64,000 bases of DNA from Lama guanicoe (lineage: Eukaryota): positions 8,083,027-8,147,026 of the forward strand of contig MU053652.1 of the NCBI GenBank assembly GCA_013239625.1. Reading direction: 5' to 3'. Under the pieces are notes generated by a model, which did no database searches, was not told the DNA's origin, and saw nothing but the letters and a program-made list of their open reading frames with translations. The position numbers were made by a program, and so were the translations under genes. Below, piece by piece: positions 13,082-25,305 of this stretch; position 1 is the first letter of the stretch; each line of letters begins with the position of its first letter.

Positions 13082-13377
13082 ATATAAATTATCAGAGTGA
13101 TCCCCGCTAAGAAGATGATGTATGAGTGAAGACTTTGATGGAAGTGAAGGAACAAGCCATACAGATATTTTGGGCCAGCCAGCAGATGCCCTGAGGCAGA
13201 TGCCAATTCCTGTAGAATATACTCTTCCTCCCTCTTTTGATTCTATTTATAGGCCAAAAACCCACCCTATTTACATATGCATGTGCATATACAGGGCATG
13301 GTTTCTGGCTCTCAAAAAGCTTAGTCTACTACAAAATTAATATGTTGCTGAATATTCTAGGTACCCTATTAACATTT

Positions 13378-13890
13378 CTTTTTTAAAAACCTTTTATTGA
13401 AGAAAAATGTACATAAAGAAATGTGCAGAAATCGTAAGTATAGAACTTGAATTTTCACTAAGTAAATCACACGTCAGCACTAATTCAAAAAAGACGACAT
13501 TTCTAGAATGCCAAAACCCTCTCTTGTTCCCCTGGAGGTTGCTATCCTCCTAGAGGTAACTACTCTTCTGGCCTCTGACACCACAGGTTCATTTTGTGTG
13601 GTTTGGAACTTTTTATAAGTGCAATCATCAATATGTATTTGGTTTCTTTTACTTAATAATATGTTTGAGAGAATCGTCTATGTTGTTGCATGTGGTTGTA
13701 GTTTGTTCATCCTCATTGCTCTGTAGTAGTCTGTTCTATTAAAATACCATAATTTACTCTGTGTATGGCCATTTGGACTGTTCCTAGTTTGGAGCTGTAA
13801 TTTGTGCTGCTGTGAGCATTCTTGAACATGTCATCTGGTTAACGTATTATGCATTTCTGTTTGGTATATACCTAGGAGTGGATTTCTAGA
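13378..13890 (-). mobile_element. Old L1M 3' end
   Basis: ttttattgaag, ggccatttggactgttcc, gctgctgtgagcattcttg, ggtatatacctaggagtgga. Confidence 0.75.
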
Positions 13891-14213
13891 TCCTAAGAAA
13901 GCATTTATTTTTGATGCTAATGCTTAGGGGGAAATACAGGAAATACTAAGCAGATAAAATGTTATTTTAAAATCTGTATTTTAGGAAAACCGAGTTAAGC
14001 ATCATATTCTTACCCTTGTTAAGCATATCAGTAAACATTTAACACTTTTAAGATGGAAAAGCAATAAAATAATAGATAAAATGACTTTCCACCAAATATT
14101 TGGTAAAAATTAGCAAGGGTACAGGGAAAGAAAAGTTAGTTTGTCACAATTAAGTGCTTTTTGTGCTTCTTTGTGTAAATATTTTTTTCTTCTCTTTTTC
14201 CCTTAAATTATAG

Positions 14214-14279
14214 GAACCAGATGTTAAAAAATTAGAAGAGCAACTTCAGGGTGGCCAAATAGAAGAGGTGATTCTTCAG
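14214..14279 (+). CDS. NDUFA5: NDUFA5 exon 4 (EPDVKKLEEQLQGGQIEEVILQ)
   Basis: Pyrimidine tract then tatag|, donor CAG|GTAAGA, 66 nt. Confidence 0.97.
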
Positions 14280-15407
14280 GTAAGAAAAAGTTGAATATTC
14301 AGATATTTGGCTTTAAATGTTCAAAGGCACAAGGTATAGAGGTACAAAACTGACATTCCAGAAAGAAAGGAAAACTAAATTTTTAAATTTATATCAACTC
14401 ATCAAATATAAGACATATAGAAAATACATACTTCTGACATGTGTATGTCATTTATCATTGATTATAATTTGAATTTATGAAGCTTCTGTTGGAAGTTTGG
14501 AATTTAATCAGTGTGTTCTTGTTTGCCTTTCCTTAGTTGAAATTAGTAATACAGAATTATTGTTATTGGAATAATTTATGTTTTTAGATACAAATACTTT
14601 AATGTATTAAAGGGTTACTATATTTTTAATATAGGAAAACACAGGTCTTTTGGGTCATAAAATTAAAGTGTATTTTTCACTGTTGGTTAAATTTTTAAAA
14701 TATGTTCTTGTATTTCATGTTGTAAATTATTAATGTTTTTGCTCCATCATTTGTTTTTAGTGCTTTTCTTTTATCTTTCATTTTTTTTTTTTAATGAAAG
14801 CTATTAACCTTAAATTTTTGCTATCTTGTTTGTTTATTCTTTTTTGGTCTCTTTGCCTTTTGACTTCAGTTGAATATTTTCTCCTTTATGTAGAGGTTTT
14901 TAATTTTTTATTTGGTCAAATTGCCCTCCCCTTGTCCACCCCCTTTTCAGTCCCACTCTATCCCAGTATTACAAGTTTAGAATGTCTGCCCCTTATAAGG
15001 ATCTGATAAATATTCAATTCTGTTTCATTTAATTTTTATTTTTTCACATTTTAAAAAGTGTAACCATTTCTTCTTACATTTTCTTGCCTTTTATCAAAGT
15101 ATATAACCAATAGATGTGATATACAAATTCAAAAGAATTGTTAGATGGCTCTGTTAAAAGAGGAATGGAGCATTCAGATAGCTTTCTAGGCATGTAGACT
15201 GTTTCAGTCATTCAAAGACCTATTTTCTTGGCCTTTTATTCATTTGCCAGGTTGAATATGGTACTCGGTATGTTATGGGAACTTGCTGCAAACTTGTTGT
15301 CTTCTTCCTGTTCCTCTTTCTTTTCTACCTGATTTCACTTTAATCGTGACTTTAGTTTATCTGATGTGTTAATTTATCATGCAGTTATACATTAGGTATT
15401 TTTAAGT

Positions 15408-15672
15408 TAGCTGTGCAGTTCTCCACATTTTGATGGGCAAAATGTTAAGATTAAATTAACTTTAATAATGTTTTATTTAAGCCAATAGATCTAAAATACT
15501 ATTGAAACGTATCATTAATATAATAAATTAAGACAGTTTACTTTTTATTTTAATACCGAGTCTTTAAAATCTGGTGTGTATTTTATACTTGCAGCACATC
15601 TGTATTTGAACTAGTTACTTTCATGTGCTCACTCAGTAGTTACATATAGGTAGTGGCTACCATATTGGCAGC
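15408..15672. mobile_element. hAT-Charlie MITE (MER33-like)
   Basis: aaatctggtgtgtattttatacttgcagcacatc ... gtagtggctaccatattgg. Confidence 0.7.
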
Positions 15673-16944
15673 CCATTTCTGGAGGTACAATATGAGAGGA
15701 ATGAGGAAAGAATAGTGTGTTAGAAGCCAGAGAAGAGGGAGTGGATGCTGGGGCTATGTGCCGCTGAGTCCAGCTCCCTGAAGTAGAGCTGGCCTCAGTG
15801 ATGTTCAGGAGTAGGCACCCTCCCCACCCTGCAATGCCTTGGGGGCATAGAGGAAGTGTGAATGTTTGAGATACTGACCAGAGGGCAGTCAGGGAAACAG
15901 CCATCCTTAGGAATATTTTTAATCAGTATTTTCTCATTTCAGCATTAGTAAATACCTCTACCCCCAGATTTCTATTAATCTACTCTTTAACTGGTTGTGT
16001 ATATTTTAGACTGTTGCTGCTAAACATAGGTTGGCTGCTCTGCACCACTGGCACAGATGAGGCATTGCCTTTTAACTAGAGAATATAGCCTCTGATAGGA
16101 TCTCAGCACCCATTCTGTGTTTTAGTTCCTTCTCTGATGTCCAGACAGGCGTTCAGCAATGTTCTTCTTTTAAGTTGGCTAGAGTCATCATAGGTCTTTT
16201 TGCTGTAGAAAAAAAATATGCAGTAAAAGATAGCTAAAATATATTTGTTAAATATGGTATATATTGTGTTTGAAAGGAAAAATTAAATGTAACTATCTGA
16301 CTAAGGAAACTGATTCGATTGCTCAATAAACAAATACACCTATTGTATTCTCTTGCATTATTCCATAGATCCCTGTTTTACAAATTGTTTGTCTCAAGTG
16401 ATTTTAGATCATAAAATCAGTTAAGTGGATTATGACTAGTGGTTCTTTTTTTTTTTTTTTTACATTCAGTAGAAAATAGTATGTGTGACAACTAGTTAAG
16501 GTGATGATATTTTTAAATTTTGTTTTAGTTACATGTGTATATTTCTGGATCCCTTAGTAAAATTTTTGTTTTTTTTAATGGTGGGCCATGGTAAAATAAA
16601 ATCTGAAAGCTATTGACATAGTTTGAGACATAATTCTTCAAAGAATTTGTAGTGTAAATTGTGAAACAATTAAAATTGAAAACTCACCAGCTAAACTTTT
16701 GAACAATCTAACAGCAAATTTTTAATAAAATAAATCAGAAGCTGTCCTTTCTTATTCATGATGATTGTGTAGCTGTGAGAATTAAGGTAATTTAATTAAT
16801 GATGTTCAGCATTTGATGGTAGAACAGCTTATTAGGTATTAGCATGAAAGTAATAGCTCTAATAGTTATACTTCAGTTATTAGCTTTGGTAAATATCTAT
16901 TAAGCAGTATAATCAATGATCTTTTTAAAAATTTTTATTAACAG

Positions 16945-17046
16945 GCTGAAAATGAACTAAGTCTGGCGAGGAAAATGATACAGTGGAAACCATGGGAGCC
17001 TTTAGTGGAAGAGCCTCCTGCCAACCAATGGAAATGGCCAATATAA
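16945..17046 (+). CDS. NDUFA5: NDUFA5 exon 5 coding part ([33 protein letters not shown])
   Basis: Acceptor ttaacag|, TAA stop at 17044-17046. The five exons sum to 116 aa with the characteristic QWKWPI end. Confidence 0.97.
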   Translation, partial: AENELSLARKMIQWKPWEPLVEEPPANQWKWPI

Positions 17047-17087
17047 ACATCATTAAGTGACCTGTGTGTTGATGGGAAACTGATGTA

Positions 17088-17872
17088 ATTAAATATTCTG
17101 TTATATTAAAAATGTTTCCATATTATTAACATAATCAAGAAAATTGATACTGAACATATTTAGGAGACTTGTTAAACTTGATGAGAACGGTAATAAGGAT
17201 TTGTGAAACAGTTTTTAATTTATAAAACATTCATTCAGATTTTTTCAGAGATGATATTTTTTTAAACAGAGAGGGTATGGGGAAGTTTGGAAAGTTAATT
17301 GGGAAACTTCCTAGAGATTTTCAATGCAGGGTTCATATTCAAAAGGTGAAGTATTTTTAGTGGTATCTTCACATTGTTTAATTTTTTTTATCCTGAAAAA
17401 AAAGAAAAGGTACTTTATTATTATTGTTTGAACAAATTTATAGGTCACTGTTTGAAGTGAAATAGTAAGAGTAAAAACCATCAAATTAGAATTTATTGTG
17501 CAGTTGAGAAAATTTGTTTGGTATTTGAAAGAGTTTTTTTTAATTTATAGAGGTAGTTGGATAAACTTACTTTTTTCTTATTTAAGGAAGTTATCTTTCT
17601 GGCCCTTTGCCTTTTTTTTTGATCAACCAAAGTACGTCAAGATAAAGATAGAATTTCTGTAAAAGAAGAGACATTCAGAGTTTCTAAAGTTTCTAAAGAC
17701 ATACAGGTAGGCTTGTTTTGAGAACATCTTAGTTGTATGGTTATAACTTCAAAGTGGAATCACTAAGTAGTTTTCACTAATGTCCAATATTAGTGCAGCT
17801 AGATATCAAACAAGATAAATGCTGTTCAAAGAAAGAAGCAGTTTGGCAAGTTTAAGGGTAAACAAAAATAAA
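17088..17872 (+). terminator. NDUFA5: Candidate NDUFA5 polyadenylation signals
   Basis: ATTAAA at 17088-17093 and 17105-17110; canonical AATAAA at 17867-17872. Usage cannot be determined from sequence. Confidence 0.45.
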
Positions 17873-18649
17873 GTTACTTTTTATATGTCCTCACCTTCTA
17901 GCCTGCTATCACTTTTAAATATTTGGCTAAATTTGGTATTTCTTACCTTCAAAGATAGTACTTTTGCTTTTTTGTGTGTGTATTTTTACATCTGCATAAT
18001 GTGTTTTTGCTGTCTCCGGTAACAAAACAGAGCCTTTCAGAATTTTTAGAATGAGTAGAAAATTATATTTTTCTTTTTCTGCAGTATATTTCTCCCTTCA
18101 TAGAGCTATAAATTGAATGTTAAATGAATTGGATTGAGTTGCTTTTGAGCAGTCATATTGCAAGAGAAACTTCTTTGGGGAAGTGGGAAAAGCATTAGAG
18201 GGAGAGTCAAGTCCAGGGGTTCTCATTCCCATGGTTCCAGCACCATCATGAACTCAGTGACGAAGTGGAGGCAAGTTGTCAGTCTCTCAGAATGGCCTGT
18301 TTATACCCTTCTCTGTAAAAGGTAGAATGTATGATTTATAACTTCCTTTTCAGTTCTAACCATTGCTTTAATATATAATACACAGTATTTATTGAGGTCA
18401 AAACGTGTGATCTCAAAGCATGTTTGCATAGATGCTTTCAAGCTAATTTTCTAGCCAACAGTTTTTTTCAGGTCCTTTTGGCACATGAAAACAGAAAGGT
18501 GGCTTGATACATACTTTCATCTCCACTTCTCCCATAGTCCTTGGGCGTCTTTTATATTTCACCAGCCGAGCTCCTGTGGCCATCAGTAAAAGCGGGCCTT
18601 CTATGATGTTTGCATTAGAGATGCTAGTTGAATAGCAATACTAGTCACA

Positions 18650-18960
18650 GTAACAATAATAACTAACGTTTGTAATATTTGCCAGACACTTTTCTAAGTA
18701 TTTGACTGCCGTTACTCAGTGAATCTGCACTACAACCGTAAGAGTGAGATCCTGCAAATCATCTCCATTTTTCCAGATAAGGAAACGAGAATTCAGTTGT
18801 GAGTAGTGCTCCCCTGCAATTAGGCAACATAGGGACCCTGGAGAAACTGAAGCACAAAGACAATGTAATAACATGCCCAATGTCACATAGTAAGATGTGG
18901 AGCTAAATTTTGAGCCTAGACAGCCGTGCTCCAGCACTCATTCTCCTAACCATTATATTA
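18650..18960 (-). mobile_element. MIR SINE fragments
   Basis: atctccatttttccagataaggaaac and gagaaactgaagcaca ... tgcccaatgtcaca cores. Confidence 0.65.
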
Positions 18961-20369
18961 CTCTTTATGCATAGCTTGGGGTGCTGTCCCTCCTGCCTGT
19001 ACTGTATGGGCTGCACCAGAAGAACCTAGATCTGCTTCTTGACTCTTTCTATCAAAGTACCTATAATAAAGAACAAATATGAACAGAAGTAATAAACTGA
19101 ATTTCATTTTGCATAGAAGTCTTCTTATGGATCATAGGCAGATAATGTCAGGGGGTGGGTGCCTTAAAGGCACTGCTGTGAGGGCCATCATTCTTTTACA
19201 CTTCCTGTTATTCCAGCTGCCCATGTCATCTTACACCTGACTTTTTAGGCCTGCAGATGTTTTCCAGGTGCTTCCTATAAACTTCCAGATTAAATTTTCC
19301 TGATCTTTTGCAGCTAATTCTTCTGTTTAAAGATCTTCAGTGTTGCTGAGTGGTTTCTAGACGAATTTGAGTAATTTTCAGAATGGCTCATTTCAGTCTC
19401 CCTAGGCTCCTCATACGTTTCATTCAAATTAATTACCATACTCCAGGCACCTCAAAAGAAATAGGAGCTTATCAGTTTGAGCTTTGCAAACAAAGAAGAA
19501 AGTGGCAGCAAAGTGATGCTCCCTTTGTCCTATCTGTGAACTGAGTGTACAGTATTCCAAGTTTTTGGCATTCTTTCTTTTGGGAAGAAAATGGTTTATA
19601 TGTAGGATAACTGTACTTTTTCATTCAATATGTAATGATTTTGAGAGTGAAGGGAAGTAGATGAGAATAACAGATATAAACCATGACTATCCTGGACACA
19701 CAGGATATGGCTCAGCCTGAGGGATGCTCACCTTTTTAGACCAGGAGCACTTGGGAAGTTGTCTGCCATCTGGATAGAAAGGATGTGATGCCAGCAGTGG
19801 CAGCCATCATGTACTTGCAGACCTCAGGTGTCACTGTGCCTCTTCATTCTCCGTTATTCCACCCCTTGGCGCGCTTTCCCTCAGAACTGGGGATGGAAGT
19901 TTGTTTTGTTTCCTTTTCTAATCCTAAAGTGCAATTGGAAAAGTGAGGCTAATTGAGCTTTTTTGTTGTTATAATGCAAAGCAGGTTTATTTTCAAACAC
20001 AACAGTGAGGAATAGGATACTAGATAAAAAGGAAAGGAGTCTTCTGTCAAATCTGTCAAGTGGAGATCAAGATTCTTTTTTATATTTTCACTGTAAAAAG
20101 GCAGCTTACGTTATTGGGATGCTGGTAGGGGTGGGGCGGGGCGAGCAACCTGTCAGCCTCTGCACAGGGTCCCTGAGGGCTGCCTGGTCCACCTTTGCGA
20201 AGTGGGATGCAGGGCCTCTTCTCCCTGGTTTACCCCACCGGTCAGCCTGCCTCTCACTCGGGTCCAGTCTGCTCCCTCAGCTCCACGTGGGTCTTGTCGC
20301 CAGATTCTTAAGGAGCTACCTTTGGGACCTACTAGGATGGGAAGACGTGCTGTGTTACCGTCAGAAGTT

Positions 20370-20706
20370 AAGTCTCTACCTGCTGCAGTAGGCTTTTCAA
20401 ATGGGCATGGCCTAGCAAACATATACCAAACATTTGCTTTTCTATATCCTTGTGAATTGCCTTCCTCCCCTTTGAAGTCTTAAACCACTATCCGCAACAT
20501 CCTCTTTTGTCTTTAGCTGAAGATGGTATTTAATGTGAGATTTTCGGCCAATTTGGTGAATGACTCAGTTTTTCTGGCCTCTCCCGTGTTTATGTGTAAT
20601 TAAAATTTGAATGATTTTCTCTTGTTAATCTGTCTTATGTCAATTTAATTCTTAGACCAGCCGAAAGAACCTAGAAGGGAAGAGGAAAATTTCTTCTTCC
20701 CCGATA
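20370..20706 (+). mobile_element. ERV1-type LTR (MER34/MER39-like 3' end); 5' boundary uncertain
   Basis: gttaatctgtcttatgtcaatttaatt ... agaacctagaagggaagaggaaaatttcttcttcccc terminal motif. Confidence 0.65.
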
Positions 20707-21407
20707 GAATCAAAGTGGGAACATGATACAGGAATTGAATTATTGATGGGGACTGGAGAAATTTATTTGAATGTTTTTATTTAGAGATAATAAGCCAAAA
20801 CTCTCCTTAGTGAAGGAAAATATGAGGAAAATATGAATTAGAATAGGCTACCCCTAAGTCCCACTGTCTTATTCAGACAGTGAAAGTTTGTTTCTTATTC
20901 ATATTACATGTCTAATGAGGGTTGACAGTGCTCAAAAGAATCACACAGATCCAGGCTGAAGATGATGACATTTCAACACATGCTTTCACAGACACAGGGG
21001 CAGGGGAAAAGGAATATGGCAAATCACAGATGGAAACAAAAAAGAAACAGAAAGCCAGGGTTAAAACAATTTTTTTTGGAATGTGTTAAAGAACTCATTA
21101 ATTTAGCTTGCCATGCATTGCTAATAATGAGTTTTCAACGTGGCTTCGGTTTATAGTAATAGCTGTTTGTTGTGTGCTTACGTGAAATGTAAGGTAGGCT
21201 AGCTTCTTTCCATACATGACTGTAAGTGAAAAGCATTGCAGAGATTCTTTATTGGTATTTCTCATAATCTTCAAATATTAGGTTGATTTCTTTTTCAGGT
21301 GAACATTTGAGGCATTTCTAAAGAGAAACATTACTATTTTATGATAGTGTATTTCATTTCACTCTTTTTCTATAATTGGAAGTTTGATTCCTTCTCTCAG
21401 GGTGAAA

Positions 21408-21727
21408 CAGGTCCACAATTCCCTATCTCAATTCCAGACTCCAAAAATGTTTGAAAATAGAAAAGTTTTTCATAACTTATTTATAAGCAAAGCCTGACCT
21501 GAATTGAGAGAAGGCTGTTTGTGGTCTTTATCCGACTTTAATGCGAATGTGAATATATTCTGCCCCAGAAGTACTAGTGTATTTGATTCTGAAGTACGTC
21601 CTCAAGCCTACTGAAGATGTTACAGGATCATAAGGTATATGCCCGTATTACATGTCAAAAGTCTGAAAAAATCTGAATTTCAAACACATTTGTCCTTTAA
21701 GGTTTCAGAAAAGGGGCTATGGATCTG
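21408..21727. mobile_element. Tigger-derived MITE (MER46C-like)
   Basis: Imperfect terminal inverted repeats caggtccacaattccctatct / agaaaaggggctatggatctg, followed by TA. Confidence 0.75.
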
Positions 21728-22205
21728 TATTTCCAGTATCTTAACAAGCTCACAAAGGTATTATTATCCAAATTCAGGTTCATACATGTAATTTCCAAAG
21801 TATAATTTGCAGGTCCTTAGCTTTCCAAATTATTCTTCTAATATGTTTTTCTAATTCATTCATTTACATTAAAATGCATTTTAGCCTAAAGGGAGATATT
21901 TTGAAATGCTTGATTTCATAAAGCCATTAGATGGCATCTTTATAAAAATAAAAGGTCTTTAAAAGAAATGTTTATTGTATAAATAAAGGCTGAGATAAAT
22001 AAAGGTAGATTCTTATTTCGTGAGAAATAAAGATAAGTCATTTGGGGCAATAAATCCTGAGAAAAATGCATAGGTCTATTGTGAAAAATAAAATGGAAAA
22101 TGATATTTTAAAATTACTTTTCCACTTTCAGAATTGAGGGTCTTTTTCCGATTGGTTGTTTTCATCTTGCATTTACATTTTTTAATATAACCAAGCAACT
22201 GTATA

Positions 22206-22207
<2 letters not shown>

Positions 22208-22249
<42 letters not shown>
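22208..22249. repeat. (TG)21 perfect microsatellite
   Basis: Directly visible. Confidence 0.97.
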
Positions 22250-22250
<1 letters not shown>

Positions 22251-23031
22251 ATGTGTGTGATTTTGATGTGCTAATAACCTTTCTAAGCTGCATAGACTAC
22301 TTGGGAAGCCTATCAATTAAGTTAGGCTTATACTGTAAATTGAGTTGTATAAGATCACCTCCACAGCAAACTATAAATAAAATATGAACATACAGTATCA
22401 AGTCACCTTTTAACATTGTGAAGTACTTAAATTTCTCTACCACCAAGTTTTCTTTCCTCCACCTCCTGCTTCTGTGCCTAAACCTAGTATTTTCATACTG
22501 TCCCTAATATGGAGGACAGTGAATGATAAATTTTAAAGAGGAGACCCAGAAAGGTGAACGTTTAAAACCAATGGCATTCTCATTACTAGTAAAATTTGAG
22601 AAACACTATGATTTTGGAGATGGGGATGGGGGAGTGTTGGGAAGAACTTGTCTGCACACCTCCAATCACACTTGGTTTATTCATGAAAGACTAATTCTAG
22701 TGGTTATCTGAATGCCCTTTGCTCTTCATGAATATGTGGCTTCAGGAAGTGCATTTAAATGCATTTGCTTTTATTTAAAACCATTATTAAAGTCAATTTT
22801 ATTTGCAACTATAATCCATATTTTATATTGTTCTGGGTAAGAAATATCTATTTTAGTGTGAGATAAAGACTGAAAAAATGACATTGGACATTAGGAAGCT
22901 ACTGGGGAGATGAGAATGTAATTTCAACAGAATGGTATAAAGGAATGAAGACACTGAACATCATGAAAGGAAAATGAACCTGTCCTATATATGACACAAA
23001 TTTAAGTTTTTATTACTTTAGTCTTGTATCC

Positions 23032-23150
23032 TTTTTGGAGGGTGTCGATTAGGTTTATTTATTTATTTTTTAATGGAGGTACTGGGGATTGAACCCAGGA
23101 CCTTATGCATGCTAAGGGCACACTCCACCACTAAGTGATACCCTCCCCCC
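23032..23150 (-). mobile_element. tRNA-derived SINE (camelid Vic-1-like)
   Basis: ggaggtactggggattgaacccaggacc (reverse B box GGTTCAATCCC), A-box-like end and (ttta)n tail. Confidence 0.75.
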
Positions 23151-23189
23151 AATCTTACACCCTTTTAAAATAGCAAACTGTGCTAAGTC

Positions 23190-23400
23190 AAGGGTAGCAT
23201 AGAATAGTGGTTTAAAATGGAGGCTCTGGAGTCAGACTGCTTGCGTTTATTTCTGGCTCCCCACTAAACCTCTCTGAGCTTTAGTTTCCTCATTAGTAAA
23301 AGGAAGCTGATCACAGTTCTTCCTTAATAAAATTGTAAGAATTAAATTAAAAATATATGTAAAGTGTTTAGGAATAAATAATACTTAATAAATGTTACTA
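23190..23400 (+). mobile_element. MIR SINE
   Basis: ggctctggagtcagactgc ... aacctctctgagctttagtttcctcat ... aataaatgtta. Confidence 0.75.
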
Positions 23401-23859
23401 TTATAAAGCCACATGAAATTTGTTACATTTGCAATAGGAAGCATAATTGATCCTTTCCTTCAATAATATGTGCTTCTTTAAAAACCATCTCAATTTAAAG
23501 AATTTATAGTGACAGGAAAAAGAAAAAACTTTATAATTCATTGTTCAACAATAGCTTTGCTTCTCCTGACTCAAAGGGGGAATTATTTAATAGCGCCCAT
23601 CTCCCTTTTCTCTTTGGCTGCCAAGGAGCTAATAGCCAAGTTCCAAATTTAGCAAAAGCAAGTAGGCATCTACTTGTACCACTGTATTCTACTTGGTCAA
23701 GGTCTTCACTCACTTCTTATTTACATTTTCCCTAACCCTTATTTTTCGTATCCCAAAGCGCAAATTGCTTTCATTGTTTGGTTGGGAGAACTGTGCCATT
23801 TCGCAAACATAAAGACATCTGAGAGAGCGGCTTCTGTCCAAATCACTTTCGGCTCCAGA

Positions 23860-24270
23860 TAACGAGTGGGCAACAAGCCCCCTCGCCCCGCCCCTCCCCG
23901 CGCCTCTGGCCTTCTCTCCGCCCCCTCGCCCCCGGTTCCGCCCCGCCTCCTCTTTTCCAGCGTGGGCACCGCCTCTTCTCGCGGGAGTGGTGCCCTGTTG
24001 GGGACAGGGTTCCAGAACCGTTGCTAGGATACGACCCGTAACCGAGAGTCCGGCGAGTATGGATTCTGCTTACTAGGAGCCTGAGGAACCGCTTCCACCC
24101 GAGTTACTGCGTTTCTTAGTCAGGTAGGAGGACAGGTTCTGGCTGCCCTCTGTCGGCCCGACCCCTCGACCGACCTTGAGCGGGTGGCTGAGGCGCTGGG
24201 CTCCGACGGCTGTGTGGGGCGCTGATGCAGCTTGGGCTCTGGGGGCTGTTTGGCCGCTCGGGGATGTTCC
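23860..24270 (+). promoter_or_regulatory. IQUB: CpG-island promoter of IQUB with GC boxes and RFX X-box
   Basis: CpG-dense island about 5.3 kb upstream of the first coding exon; repeated CCCGCCC/CCCCTCCCC boxes (23877-23950); X-box-like GTTGCTAGGATAC at 24020-24032. Confidence 0.8.
24030..24123 (+). other. IQUB: Probable non-coding exon 1 of IQUB (start approximate)
   Basis: The first coding exon has a splice acceptor 4 nt before its ATG, so an upstream UTR exon is required. Candidate donors in the island are CAG|GTAGGA (24123/24124) and CCG|GCGAGT (24052/24053). Confidence 0.5.
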
Positions 24271-24913
24271 ACCTTTGCCTACAAACCTGTGCAAAGCATC
24301 CCATCTTTCTTGGTTCCTTTTCTGGCTCCGGATCTCTGATTTGGGGTTAGGAAGCAGCAGCATCAAGCTAGGAGGTGTACCTCACTTCCCATGGTAGTAG
24401 TATAAAAGCAAGACGGGTGTGTAACCCAGGTCTGGCATTAGAAGACGTTCAGCCCTCCATGGTGACCGTTTTCAGCCTTTAGTAAATAGAGCGCTTTCAG
24501 ACTTTACTCTTTCACTCCTCTCCACCCATGGTCTTTGCTGTGCCTCTTAAAAAAACTTAAAAACTCAACACGACTACTTGGTAGAAGGCAAAACTGGGTC
24601 CCTGACTTAATACTTACACTAATATTCTAGATATAGCAACGAAATTATGCATTGTAGGTGAAAGGGGGATTTTTAAAATATGCAATCATAGTAGAGTGTT
24701 TTTTCTTTTTAAACATTTTTTTAAAGATTATAACATTTACGCTTGAATGCTTAATACATAAAGTTGATAAAAAGTTCAAACAGTAAAAAGAATGAACAGT
24801 GAAAATCTGCTTCCCACCCACGTCCCCCGCCACCTCCCCGCCCTCCACGTCGCCTTCCAGAGGTATTCTATGCATATACAAATATGTAGTTGTATCTGTA
24901 ACATTGTTCATCC

Positions 24914-25305
24914 TGGTATGTGCTTTTGTTGGAGGAGGTCATTGGAAGGACGTGACCCGGTACCCTGGCGGGCAGTTGGAGGAGAGGCTCTTTCCCGCTT
25001 CCCTGTCCTTGGAATGTACCTTCTGCCCACTGTTGCTGAACCAGGAGATGTGTTATTAAGACCATCTGAACTGTATACGTGACTGAACCCCGTAAAATTC
25101 TCATTAACTCTTAAGATTTTGGCAGGTGGATGTTGAGATTTACTGTCTTTAGGCTGCCTCCTTTGCCTCCTTTGTAAGTTTCCCTGCTTGTTAAACCTGC
25201 CATCTACAATCTAGAATGGTCTGCCTCTTTCTCCAGTTCTCCCTGCCATCTGTGTGCTGGGCTCAATTTCAGTTTTACTCAGGGAATTATAGAGGTTGTG
25301 AACCA
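24914..25305 (+). mobile_element. LTR-like element interrupting an old L1M 3' fragment
   Basis: Segment with TG...CA ends and LTR-like U3/R phrases splitting the L1-like cattgttcatcc ... catacagtatgtagcc. Family not identified. Confidence 0.4.

Noticed and set aside
20005..20483. Cluster of overlapping 89-128 aa ORFs
   Set aside because: GC-richer LTR-adjacent sequence, non-ATG starts for most, and no recognisable domain.
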